A stretch of 64,000 bases of DNA, from NCBI GenBank assembly GCA_020536535.1, contig JAHLWZ010000508.1, positions 1 through 64,000 of the forward strand. The letters run 5' to 3'. The notes under the pieces were generated by a model. The model saw only the letters and a list, made by a program, of their open reading frames with translations, was not told the DNA's origin and searched no databases. Numbering within the stretch: the first letter of the stretch is position 1; each line of letters starts with the position of its first letter. This stretch comes from Pelomyxa schiedti (Eukaryota > Protista > Evosea). The position numbers and the translations under genes are program-made. Positions 11,000 to 21,466 of this stretch are shown here, piece after piece.

Positions 11000-12517
11000 A
11001 TGCAGAGCGGGAGCGGGAGCGGGAGCAGGGAGGCGGTGGTCGCCGTCGGGGGCGCGGTGGGGGCTGGGGGCGTGGCGGGGGTGTGGGTGCACGCGTCGGG
11101 GAGCGCGAGGGCGCAGGCGGGGGCCCTGTGCGGGGCGTGCGTGGGCAGGTGCGGGGCGCGCTCGCCGGCGCAGGGCGTGGCGCAGTGCCCCGCGCTGATG
11201 AGGCGGATCTGCGGGCCATGGGTAATGGGTCTCGGCCCCTGCGATGATGACGACGACGACGACGACGACGATGATGATGATGATTATGGGACGGCGGTGG
11301 AGGGGGAGGGCACCAAGGGGAGGAGGAAAAATGGGAGGATGAGGAGGGGGAACTGCATGACGAGGAGGCTTTGGTTCAGGATAAGAACGGAGACGGACCT
11401 TGGGGGCGTTGTTTGTGATGACGGCGATGCAGTTGCATTCACGTTTTGCGTGTCACCAATTGGGAGCGTAGTAACATTGCCGGGCTGTGGTCCTGGAGCC
11501 TCGGCTGAGCCGGCTGTTGCGGCCATCATTGTGGGACGCGCGAACGATAGCCAATCTTGGGAGCTTGCCATTATGGGATTCCTTGATTGTGGGAATCACG
11601 TTGCCCTTGTGCAGAAGATAAAAGAAGCATCAAGAGGGCGTCAACGATCCAGGTCTCTCTGTACTGTGGACACCAGAAGAAAATCCTGGACCAGGTTTGA
11701 TTGTGGTGATTGGGGCTTCACGGTAGAACAAACTCGTGATTCTCGGATAGCCTGCAACAGCCAGTGGATTGTGGCTATTTATGGTTATTGGTTCCGGACG
11801 GAGCTAAGCATGCACATATGGAAAGTAGTTGATGCCATTCCACAGGAACCACACGTGACATTCCCCTTGCATGACTTTGACTCCTCGGCCATCTTCTTCT
11901 CTGGGTGCTTCCCTGGTGTGATTGACTCTGGGTGTGAGCTGGCATTTATGTCCACCTCCAACCTTAGTGTGTCATTTCTGGACATTTCCAGGTGTTTCCT
12001 GGAGTCACATTCAGCTGTGGTCAAAGTGATACAGTTCGGTGTACCTGTTGCTTGCTCCCTTTACTCTTATGTTCCAAGCATCTGCTGGTCACCAAAAACA
12101 GGCACTGTACTCACCCCAGTTACCAAGCACGTTCTACCTGCACCTTATTCCAACGCTACTTTCCTGCTATCATCATCAGGACCAGCACTGCAACTCCCTT
12201 CATCAGTTGCGGAATGCATGAGGGTAGTCAGCAACACACAACTGTTCTTGAGGGATGAAAGGGGCACATGCTATGTAATCAATGCTGATAGGCCTCAGCA
12301 GCACAGGAAGTTCTCAGTGACACGTGAAACTCACGTGAGTTACTCTGGTGAAGGATTGGTGTTGATTGCGTGGAAGGGTTCGAATGCCGTTGCAGTGTTT
12401 GATTCCGAGGACACAACCAAACCCCTGATTTCCATTTCTCTTCAAGCCCGGCGTTACACCTCTATCCAAGCTACTTTTTTCCCGATTTCAGAAATGACAA
12501 AACTTATTTGGTTTTGA
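11000..12517 (+). CDS. Intronless 505-aa orphan-family protein
   Basis: Long uninterrupted ORF. The N-terminal motif ARAQAGALCGACVGRCGARSPAQGV...ALMRRICGPWVM is shared with 14725-15461 and 58576-59802. Confidence 0.75.
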   Translation: MQSGSGSGSREAVVAVGGAVGAGGVAGVWVHASGSARAQAGALCGACVGRCGARSPAQGVAQCPALMRRICGPWVMGLGPCDDDDDDDDDDDDDDYGTAVEGEGTKGRRKNGRMRRGNCMTRRLWFRIRTETDLGGVVCDDGDAVAFTFCVSPIGSVVTLPGCGPGASAEPAVAAIIVGRANDSQSWELAIMGFLDCGNHVALVQKIKEASRGRQRSRSLCTVDTRRKSWTRFDCGDWGFTVEQTRDSRIACNSQWIVAIYGYWFRTELSMHIWKVVDAIPQEPHVTFPLHDFDSSAIFFSGCFPGVIDSGCELAFMSTSNLSVSFLDISRCFLESHSAVVKVIQFGVPVACSLYSYVPSICWSPKTGTVLTPVTKHVLPAPYSNATFLLSSSGPALQLPSSVAECMRVVSNTQLFLRDERGTCYVINADRPQQHRKFSVTRETHVSYSGEGLVLIAWKGSNAVAVFDSEDTTKPLISISLQARRYTSIQATFFPISEMTKLIWF

Positions 12518-12545
12518 AGTAATTTCCTTAATTTGTTCTGTTCCA

Positions 12546-13331
12546 TCAAGAGGAGCTGTTGACTTTTGGTGGTGTTGGTGTGTGATCAGAAAGAACCGCT
12601 GAGAGGTCATCAGGGAACTCATTGTCCAACACTGACATGCAGTGTGAGTCAAGATACCTGCCGTCCTTGAACACAGCATGTCTCTTGACACCCTCGTTCT
12701 TGAATCCACACCTCGTGTAGCATCCTGCGCCCCGTGTGTTTCCATCAAGCCATTCCAGTTCTACCCTGTGAAGGTTCAGAACCCTGAATGCGTATCTGCA
12801 TGCAAGCCAAACTGCCTCTGTTCCAAACTTCTTTCCCCATTGTAATTTCTCACCAATCATTATTCCAAGTGTGGTACTGCGGTTCTGTGCCAAAAAACAG
12901 TGAATTAGTACTCGAGAAGTGGGTAATCAGGAACAAGCATAACATGGATACCCTCCAATCAATGGAATGAAGACCGACGTTCCCAATGTGACACCATGAA
13001 ATTCCACAACTTGTGCTGTCCACACAAGATTGTTCGATTGCAAAAACAAAGTCAGAAGCTGCTGTGTTGAATGAAGCACTGCGGGCTCTGGTCCACTCCT
13101 CTTCTTGTGCCAATGAAACTGGCCCTGATATCAACAGGTACCTGTTGATATCATTAATATGAACGGTAGTATAGTGGTAAAGGAAATGTGAATGCTCTAA
13201 TCGACGATTTTCAAAAGCAAAACCATAAGTACGACACACCTTGTTACGTCAGGGTCATTTAACCACTGGAAACAGCGCTTTGCGTCGCTCGCCTCGATAC
13301 ACCTCAGCCTCAGTCTCTGCCCGCTGTACAT
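12546..13331 (-). CDS. RimJ/RimL-family GNAT N-acetyltransferase, copy 1 (3 exons)
   Basis: MYSGQRLRLRCIEASDAKRCFQWLNDPDVTR / YLLISGPVS...HIGNVGLHSIDWR / NRSTTLGIMIGEKLQWGKKFGTEA...LNLHRVELEW...CYTRCGFKNEG; the acetyl-CoA binding motif A is present. Confidence 0.9.
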
Positions 13332-13832
13332 CGTCAAAATTTTTTTTTTTGTTTCTGGTTTTCTGTGATCTCTCTCCAGAATTCTCAGTGGGTAAGACCC
13401 TTTTCTTCCCAGCCAGGGTGTGGAGGAATTGCACCAGGGTTTTTTTTTCATGCCACCTGAGGTGAGGAGAAAGGTGCATCCCTCTAGTTCTAATCACTGA
13501 CACCTAGTGACTGATTAAAGCAAAAGAAGGTACAGGGAGGTGCGCAATTGGGTTTGTGGTGGATGTTTGTTGCACAAAGACCTGTTGATGAGGTGTAAGT
13601 TTCATTGCTGTGCTGACAAGACCTGTTGTGAGATCCCAGCTCTCAGTGGTGCTATTTTCTTCCTGAGGAAAATTTTTTTCTGTTGGCCATTAGTGTGTTA
13701 TTTTTGTCTGTGGGGCACTATAGAGGCAATTCTGTCAAGAATAAACAAAAATAGGTTGCAAATTTGCAATTAGTGCCGTGATGTTGGTAACCATGTGTTG
13801 TGGGCAGTAGGTATTTTTCAAATTATGTTCCA

Positions 13833-14565
13833 TCAAGAGGAGGCAGAGTCTTTTGGTTTGTGATCAGAAAGAACTGCTGAGAGGTCATCAACGAATTCAT
13901 TGTCCAGCAGTGACATGAAATGTGCGTCAAGATACCTGCCATCCTTGAACACGGCATGTCTCTTGACACCCTCATCCTTGAATCCAATCCTCATGCAGCC
14001 CCCTTGACTCCGTGTGTTTGCCTCAGTCCACTCCACTTCTACCCTGTGGAGGTTCAGAACCTTGAATGCATATCTGCATGCCAGCCAAACTGCCTCCACC
14101 CCAAACTTATGTCCCCAGAGTGATTTCTCCCCTATAATAATGCCAAGTGTGGCACTGCGGTTCTGTTGAAAAAAAAAAATAAATGGGATTCGGCAATAGG
14201 AACAAGAATAACATGGATACCCTCCAATCTACGCAACGCAGACCCACGTTCCCAATGTGACGCCATGAAGTTCCACAGCATATTCTGTCCTCATAGCTTT
14301 GTTCAATTGCGAAACTATAGTCAGAAGCAGCAGGACCGAATGCATTACTGCGGGCTCTGGCCCACTCCTCCTGTTGTGCCATTGACACTGGCCCTGATAT
14401 CATCAGGTGCCTGTGTTAAAATTAACAACTGCTAAGTAAGTATTAAATATGACATCCTAAAAACGCACGCCACCTTGTGACATCTGGGTCGTTTAACCAC
14501 TGGAAACAGCGCTGTGCGTCGCTCGCCTCAATACACCTCAGCCTCAGTCTCTGCCCGCTGTACAT
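13833..14565 (-). CDS. RimJ/RimL-family GNAT N-acetyltransferase, copy 2 (3 exons)
   Basis: Close paralog of copy 1 with the same two intron positions; GEKSLWGHKFGVEAVWLACRYAFKVLNLHRVEVEW. Confidence 0.9.
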
Positions 14566-14724
14566 CGTCGACGATTCGCGTGTTGCGAAAAAAATATCTC
14601 TAGGAGGAAGCAGATCTCGTTTGAGCACCTGCCGTTGTAGTGGTGCATCGTGAACAGAGCAATTCGTGTGCGAACACCAGTTGTGGGAAACAGGTTCTGA
14701 TCCGAATGAAGATACCTTCACCTA

Positions 14725-15461
14725 ATGATGAACGCAGACGTCATGCTCATGAATGGGCATTTGCGCCCGGGATCACAGTTCATTGCGTTCTATTGTGGGA
14801 CGATGGGGTGGTGTGGGGCAACAAGTTGCGTGAGGAGACTGGCGGCCACCCCGAATTGGTCGTGACGCTTGGCCGGACGTGGGTTACGGCCCCATCGTCG
14901 GTGTCGATGTTCACGGTACGCCTGAGGAGTGCGGAATGTTCTCAAGGCACAGGGATGGCGAGTTTGTGATGATTATGTAGAGAAGGTTGCGTGGGTGGCT
15001 TGCTTAGTCGACTTGGAAGCCTGTTTCACCAGCCGGGAACTGGTTGTTGTTAGAAGTGTTGGTCTGTCGGTGGCACCATTTGATGCAGTGTGGTGTGGCG
15101 ACAGCCTATGCACACTGCACAACATAGATACTGGTAACTAGACCGGTCTGTGCCCGGGAAGTCAATTGTGGCTGTTTTTGGCCCAGAGCACTTTGGCGTG
15201 GTGACTGCTGACCTCCAAACACTTGTACACAGTGTGTACCACGCCGGTGATCTATCAAAAGCCAGTTGCACACATGGAAGCTTCTGGAACAAGTTCCAGG
15301 CTGAATTATTACTGCAGTCTGGAGTTGGCATTATCCCCATTTCGCTGGGTTCTGCCTATCAAAGAATTGCATTTTGTGATGCCACTGGCACCACCCTTGC
15401 CATTATGTCATTGCAAAGCGACCTCTACTTTACCAAAAGCCCCAAGAACGGTTCTGATTGA
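14725..15461 (+). pseudogene. Disrupted member of the orphan intronless family
   Basis: MMNADVMLMNGHLRPGSQFIAFYCGTMGWCGATSCVRRLAA continues only after a frameshift near 14850 (PELVVTLGRTWV). A further frame change near 14930-14970 and a stop at 15141 follow. Confidence 0.6.
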
Positions 15462-15569
15462 AGTATGTTGTGAATAAATAGTCAGCTAATGCAGATGTTT
15501 TTCAGGTGCATCAATAAAAAGCAAAGGGGTTTTTACATGTTGGTGCATACGTGTGTATGTGGATCACAT

Positions 15570-16287
15570 TCAAGAAATGAGGGCAGTGAGGTCACAAGGG
15601 AGTTCATCTTCCAGAATTGACATGAGGAGCGCATCAACATATCTCCCTTCTTTAAACGCATAGTGCCTCTTCACAGCCTCATTCTTGAATCCACATCTTG
15701 CATAGCACCTTGCACCCCTCGTGTTTTCAGCCTCGCAAATAAGTTCTACCCTGTGGAGGTTCAGAACCTTGAATGCATATCTGCACAACAGCCACACTGC
15801 CTCAGTCCCAATGTTCTTGCCCCAGAGTGATTTCTCACCAATGGTTATGCCAAGGGATGTATTCCGGCTCTGTTGAATTATCAATAGTAAGTAGACATGT
15901 CTGTTATAACCAGCATCGATAATTTGTTTATCACTCGAATTCGAATGATTGAAATGCCAACCTTCCAATCGACATTATAGAGCCCCCCATAACCAATAGA
16001 AACCCATTCACTGCCGCCACTGTTGTAATCAATTCCAAACACAAAGTCGGTCTGATGCATCACTCCCGATGTTGCCGCCGACGACGTCCGCCGCCTTACC
16101 CACTCCATTGACACCGTTGGGAAGAACATGTACCTTGATTATGGGTTGTTGAATTAGTTGCATTAGCACGTACACAACACACACGAAGCACAGACCTCGT
16201 TACGTCAGGATCGGTTAGCCACTTGTACCACAACTCTGTGTCAGTCTCCTCAATGCTCCTCAGTGTCACTCGAACGCCGACGTCCAT
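15570..16287 (-). CDS. RimJ/RimL-family GNAT N-acetyltransferase, copy 3 (3 exons, more diverged)
   Basis: MDVGVRVTLRSIEETDTELWYKWLTDPDVTR / YMFFPTVS...GYGGLYNVDWK / SRNTSLGITIGEKSLWGKNIGTEAVWLLCRYAFKVLNLHRVEL; same intron positions as copies 1 and 2. Confidence 0.9.
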
Positions 16288-16472
16288 CACGCTTCGCGAA
16301 TAGAATTCTATTAAGTACTCATAAAACAAGGGTGTGATGGCACTGGAAGGTGGTATCCATGTTGTTGTGGTTATTGCTGGGATTTTTCAAGAACCACCAG
16401 CCACCTGCACTGTGTTGATTTTTGGCACTGTTTGGTTCCACTAATCTTGCAAGGGAGCAGGGAACGGGACAA

Positions 16473-19327
16473 TCAACACAACCAACCCCCAGCCCTGGCC
16501 CTCTCCTGCAGTGTTGCTGCCTTGAATCTGTCCTTGCCAACACCCTCACCAAGATAATAACACCTACTAAGCCTGTTCATTGCCTCAGTATTACCAGAAC
16601 CAGCAGCCCTCTGCCACAGTTTCACTGCTTTGTTGATGTCCTGCCCAACACAATCATCACCCCATTCATAGAACACAGCAAGGTTGCACATTGCCTGTGC
16701 ATCACCAGCATCAACAGCCCTCTGGTACAGTGACACTGCCTTGTGATCATCCTTCTTGACACCGCCAATACCCATCTGATAGCAGAGGCCCAGAGATGTG
16801 AAAGAGGAAGCACTCCAGTTAATCTGACCCACAGAGCAAGTGATAGGTTTTTCACGTGATGGGGGCATCTCACTCATTTCAACAAAAAAATGTGCTGCTG
16901 ATGAATCTGGCTTGTCTGTGGATGAAGAGCAGAACATGCACCATGATGCCACAAAGTACATGCAAGACCAATGTTTGGATCTAAATGATGCTGTTGACAC
17001 AAGGTCCTTCCATTCAGAAACACCTTTTGTGTCCCTTAACACACTCATGCAATGTTTCCTCATGTCAGTTGCATGGGAGAGGGGGTGAGAGAAAGTAAGT
17101 GAAAGGCACGTTGGAATGTGCTGATGAAGTGAAACATGATCATTGATTACACAATGGACACAATACAGGAACAACAGAGCAGGGAGGTAATCACACTGAT
17201 GCGAGTCCCCTGAGTTGTGTAAGATGAAGAATAGAAATGAAAATACACACCAGTGGTAGGGATCACCTCACATTCAAAAAGGGAGAATGCGTTGGCAACA
17301 AAAGCAAGGGCAGAGTCAATGTCTCCATTTTCCAACTCCAAAAGTGCTTCCATCATCATCTCGTTTCGTGTGTAAATCAGACTCTTCAAAAAAATGGAGA
17401 CTGGTGGATGTTGTTGCTGAATTGCTGGGCTCTTTTTCAAAAGCAACAAGGTGGTGTTGAAAGTTTCGGAATCCTGTGAAATGTGCCTTGTCCAGAGTGC
17501 TGTCAAAACCAATTCAGGGAGTGTGGTTCTGTGTTTCTTGTTGATGATGGCTCTGGTGTATTCCACGTCTGTGGCTGTGAATGATGCTGTCTTGCCTATC
17601 AGTGATGCTTGAACTGCTTGTTGATGACGACTGTCAGTCTTCATCTGGCAAAGAGAGAGATAATGCAAAAGCAACAAAGCAGGTGAAAAGAAGGGTTCAA
17701 CATCAAGTGCTTTGTTGAGGGTGTCAACACAGTCTTCTGTGGAGGAACCACAAAGAATCTGACATGTTGCTTTGCTTGCCAGTGTTCCTGCATTGGGTGG
17801 GAATTGTGCGTCAGTGAAAAAAGGTGATTCCATTGCAACCTGCATCATTTGTCAGAGGCACAACACAAGAATAAAATGAGAGGAGTTCAGAAGGGCTTGG
17901 TGATTCAATGTTCAGTAGAACCTCAAAGGCACGCAAGAGAGGCATTCTGTTCTCTTGGTCATACTGAAGCAATGAACGAACGAGGTCACAGAACTCTTTT
18001 GGGAACTGTGGCGGTTTCATTGGGAACAGGTCCTCACTCTCAAATGTGAACGTGACCTTTCCACTTGGGCCATAACCACCAGGGTATCCTGGAAGTGGGT
18101 GCTTTCCACACATGGCAAGTTCAAACAGGATGCACCCAAGTTCAAATGATGGTTGCTGTGCAGATAATGAGGGCATGTGACCAACACAGTGGAGAGAAAG
18201 TTTCACTTGATTAAATAGAAAATACCTTTTCACAACACAACGTTGAAGAGTGATCAGGGTTCTGCCTGTATCGCGCAATTCCATTGATTATCTCAGGTGC
18301 TCTGTGACTTGTATTTCCTGTCACAGAAATGAGAGCCATTGTTTCTGTCTCAAATGGCCTTCTTGTTGTGCTGATTCTTGGAAACCTTGTGGCACATCCA
18401 AAGTCAATCAGAATCGCTTGTTCTTTGTTCTGTTGATTAGATTGTGTTTCAGTGAGTAATTAGAGGATGGATGGAGGGGGAACAACAAACTACCGAAGAG
18501 ACAACAATGTTGTCCAGTTTGATGTCAAAGTGAATTATTTGATTCACAAAAAGATGCACAAGAGCAGCACAGATATCCCTTGAATACTTGTGAACAATGG
18601 GCCACGGTGTTGTGTGGGGGCCAAGTTTGGGAGATATGGTGTTGATGTGCCTTGACAATTTTTCCAATGTCTCAGAGTGGTGCTCAAGGACAACCCACAC
18701 ACACGCATGCATCCTCTTATTTGCTGTGTCAAACGCCAGTTCCTTTGCCACAGGTGGGAGGTGGTTGTAATACTCTTGTGGGATTCGGTCTGTAAAGTGA
18801 CAGAAATACCGGTTGATGTTTGGGTGTGGAGCCAATGTGGAAGACACAATGTATTCATTCTGTGATATCAGTGAGAGAAGAGTACTAAAACCACAGGGGC
18901 ACAATACCTCAAAGGCATTCTGAACACTTGTTGTTGTGACACCATAATTGAAGGGAGCTTTTAGGACATAAGACTGGTCCCTGAATAACGCGGGGTGGCC
19001 CTCCCCAATGCACTTCACCTCATAAACAATCCCTGTGGTGTGCAGTAAACAAAAAGACAACTACAACAGCGTCGCTTCTTCGGCGTGTTTTTTTGGGGCT
19101 GTGCTGGATGGAGTGATATGTCAGTGACACACACCATTGCAACCGTGTGAGATGCATCTCACGAGCCTGAAGTTCGTGGCCACCACGATGCTCCCCGTTG
19201 AGTTCTGCACGTCGTTGATTGTGGTGGACGCACCCAGCCTCGTGAAGAACGCGTCGCGGTCACGGATGGATCTCTGAAACTCACCGTAACCAACGACACT
19301 CGGCGCAGTGCTTTGACTGTTGCCCAT
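16473..19327 (-). CDS. Protein kinase (PINK1-like subdomains) with C-terminal Sel1-like repeats and a predicted N-myristoylation site
   Basis: N-terminus MGNSQS. Kinase motifs YVLKAPFNY, HPNINRYFCHFTD, HFDIKLDN, LIDFG, HRAPE and FELGCILFEL. Sel1 repeats LGLCYQMGIGGVKKDDHKAVSLYQRAVDAGDAQAMCNLA and GNTEAMNRLSRCYYLGEGV. Confidence 0.85.
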
Positions 19328-19540
19328 TTTCTTCGTGGGTGTTCCGCGTGAGAGCTGCCACTACTAGGAGTAGAGATGGGTGCACCTTCGCACAAAAAAT
19401 TCTTCTTGGTGGGGAATTGGGGATGGAAAAGCTCCGTTTGACACAAGGATGATGAGGTAATGGCACTGGTGAGTAGAGGCTGTGTTCTGTGGAATACCCT
19501 AGTGAAATTGGACACAATTGGCCAATGGTGTTGCTGTGGT

Positions 19541-21269
19541 TTACTGCTGTACTTTTCGGTGGTTTTTCATAAGTTCATTGGCAAGTTCATCACGGAATAG
19601 AGGCTTAACAACAAAGGATATAAACGCGGTCTGGCTCTGTGAACATAAGGGAACTGCAAGTGGCCCACCAACATAGATACCTTGGGGATATTTGGAGCAT
19701 CTCGGTAAAGGGTGACTTGGGAAGGTTCCTTCAACTTTTCCTCTTGGTCACCTTGCCGGTAGTATTCCTCTGTTATGAGTTGTGTCCATCTTTCACTTGT
19801 GGGCCTGTGTGATGATGAGAGAGTTGTTCATTACACACGCTCGGTAGATACCTGGATCGAATCGGGTTACTGATATCGGCTAGTTTGATTAAAATAGATA
19901 GTACCAATATGAGGTCCTCCTGCAGCAACATTGAGTTAAAGGAAACAGCGTGGAAATGGACGCACTTCCTTATTAGATACCTGGATGACTGTAGTCATGT
20001 ATAATCCCCGCTGTTATTAAGCACATCTTGCAGTCCATCACTGGCTATCAGTTGGACAATTTTATCTAATGCTTGCTTATCTTTTTCGGAGAGTACTTTT
20101 GTTTTTTTGTTAGTTTCAAGGCAACACAGAGAGTAATTACTAGATTTTTTTCTGAATAGCAATATACCAAAATTTGGGAACAACGAGAGGTATCCAGATT
20201 TGGGAGCAGATATAATCAAGCATGTCTAGTAAGGAGCATAGCAAAGCCTAGTAGTTGTCGCCGTTAAACGGATTGGAAGTCATGTAATACGTACCACTAG
20301 GTGTTGATATCATATTCTTGAAGAGGAAAGATATTGCCTCGAGTTTCGTAGTAACAAAAACCGCTCCTAAAAATTCGTCGCCATCATAAATAGGACTGAG
20401 TGCTTGCACCATCATTTCTGAGGCGTTGGGTTATTCTGAAAGTTTATTGGATACATATTACAGTTAAAACCACACCATAGGCAGGGTAATAAGACCAATA
20501 TGTAAGCCGTTCAGGATTAACGTCGGGTGTAACTTTTTTCAGGAACGTTCTGGATAAGAAGAGGTTCCAACACATTCTAGCATTGTGACCTTGTAGAACA
20601 CCCATTCTGGCCAAGGTACAATGTACGTTCTACGAGGATGTTAAGTTTGTAAAAAAGACAATTTGAACTACCCAAAAAGCTCCGAGTTAACGAAAGCCCA
20701 CATTCGAGTTGTGTTTTCGTTTTAAGAAGCTATCTGCAAGTGAAGGAATGTACGATGATGCCGCTAATAAATGCGGTATGTTGCAGTAGCAATCGCAGGT
20801 AAGGCCAGACCCCATTCCAGTAACAGCATCCCTCACCATAAGTTTGTATATTCCACAACCTCCAGTATGGATTGCACCTACAAGGTGCCGAGAGATTGAC
20901 CGCACTAGGGGGATTAAAAACCTCAAACCTAATGTATGTCTTTGTAAATAAGAAAACCCGGTTAAGGGTGGGAGTTCAAAAAATAGTAAAGTATTTAACC
21001 TCAATGCTCCTATTTGGGTGTGTATCCCATCCCGCACCAGATAAATAATGAGGCGGCGGGCACACAGTGACATGTTCATACATGTATGACATCTGGTACT
21101 CCTCGTCAAAGTCGTTGTACCAATACTGCCATTCCGCAGCAAGTGCCTCTAACATCTTGAAAAAACCAAAAGATTCAGCATCGACGCTAAGTTGCAACAT
21201 CCCCTCCCGAGTGCACACTCCCCACCCATAATTTCCTCGCCCTGCGTCTCGCCCGAGGGCCAATGGCAT
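19541..21269 (-). pseudogene. Degraded class I cyclic-nucleotide phosphodiesterase; catalytic remnants at 19541-20044, upstream exons of uncertain connection
   Basis: CLITAGIIHDYSHPG (HD motif), ILIKLADISNPIR, ERWTQLITEEYYRQGDQE and IPK-SQTAFISFVVKPLF are present. HPG is followed directly by I** in frame, and only ~60 nt separate it from the LADISNP exon. Confidence 0.65.
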
Positions 21270-21466
21270 CTCACGGCTGATGAGTAGTCAGGCCTGCCGG
21301 CGCATTGAGACCCACTTGACACTGCGGCGCCTGTTGGAACGCCAGGTTGATCTTTCGGCTGGCGACCAAGCACTAACTAAAAAAGTAAGAAAAAAAAGAT
21401 TTCGATCGTAAACCCCCGAAGAATTGGGTGGGATGGTTTGTTGTCACAACGAGAATCACACGAAGA

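Noticed and set aside
10887-11247. Overlapping Pro/Arg-rich ORFs
   Set aside because: They are shadows of the GC-rich 5' end of ORF 11000-12517.
19970-19985. Stop-codon readthrough or recoding rescuing the PDE
   Set aside because: There are two consecutive TAA codons, and a large part of the domain is physically absent, so recoding could not restore it.
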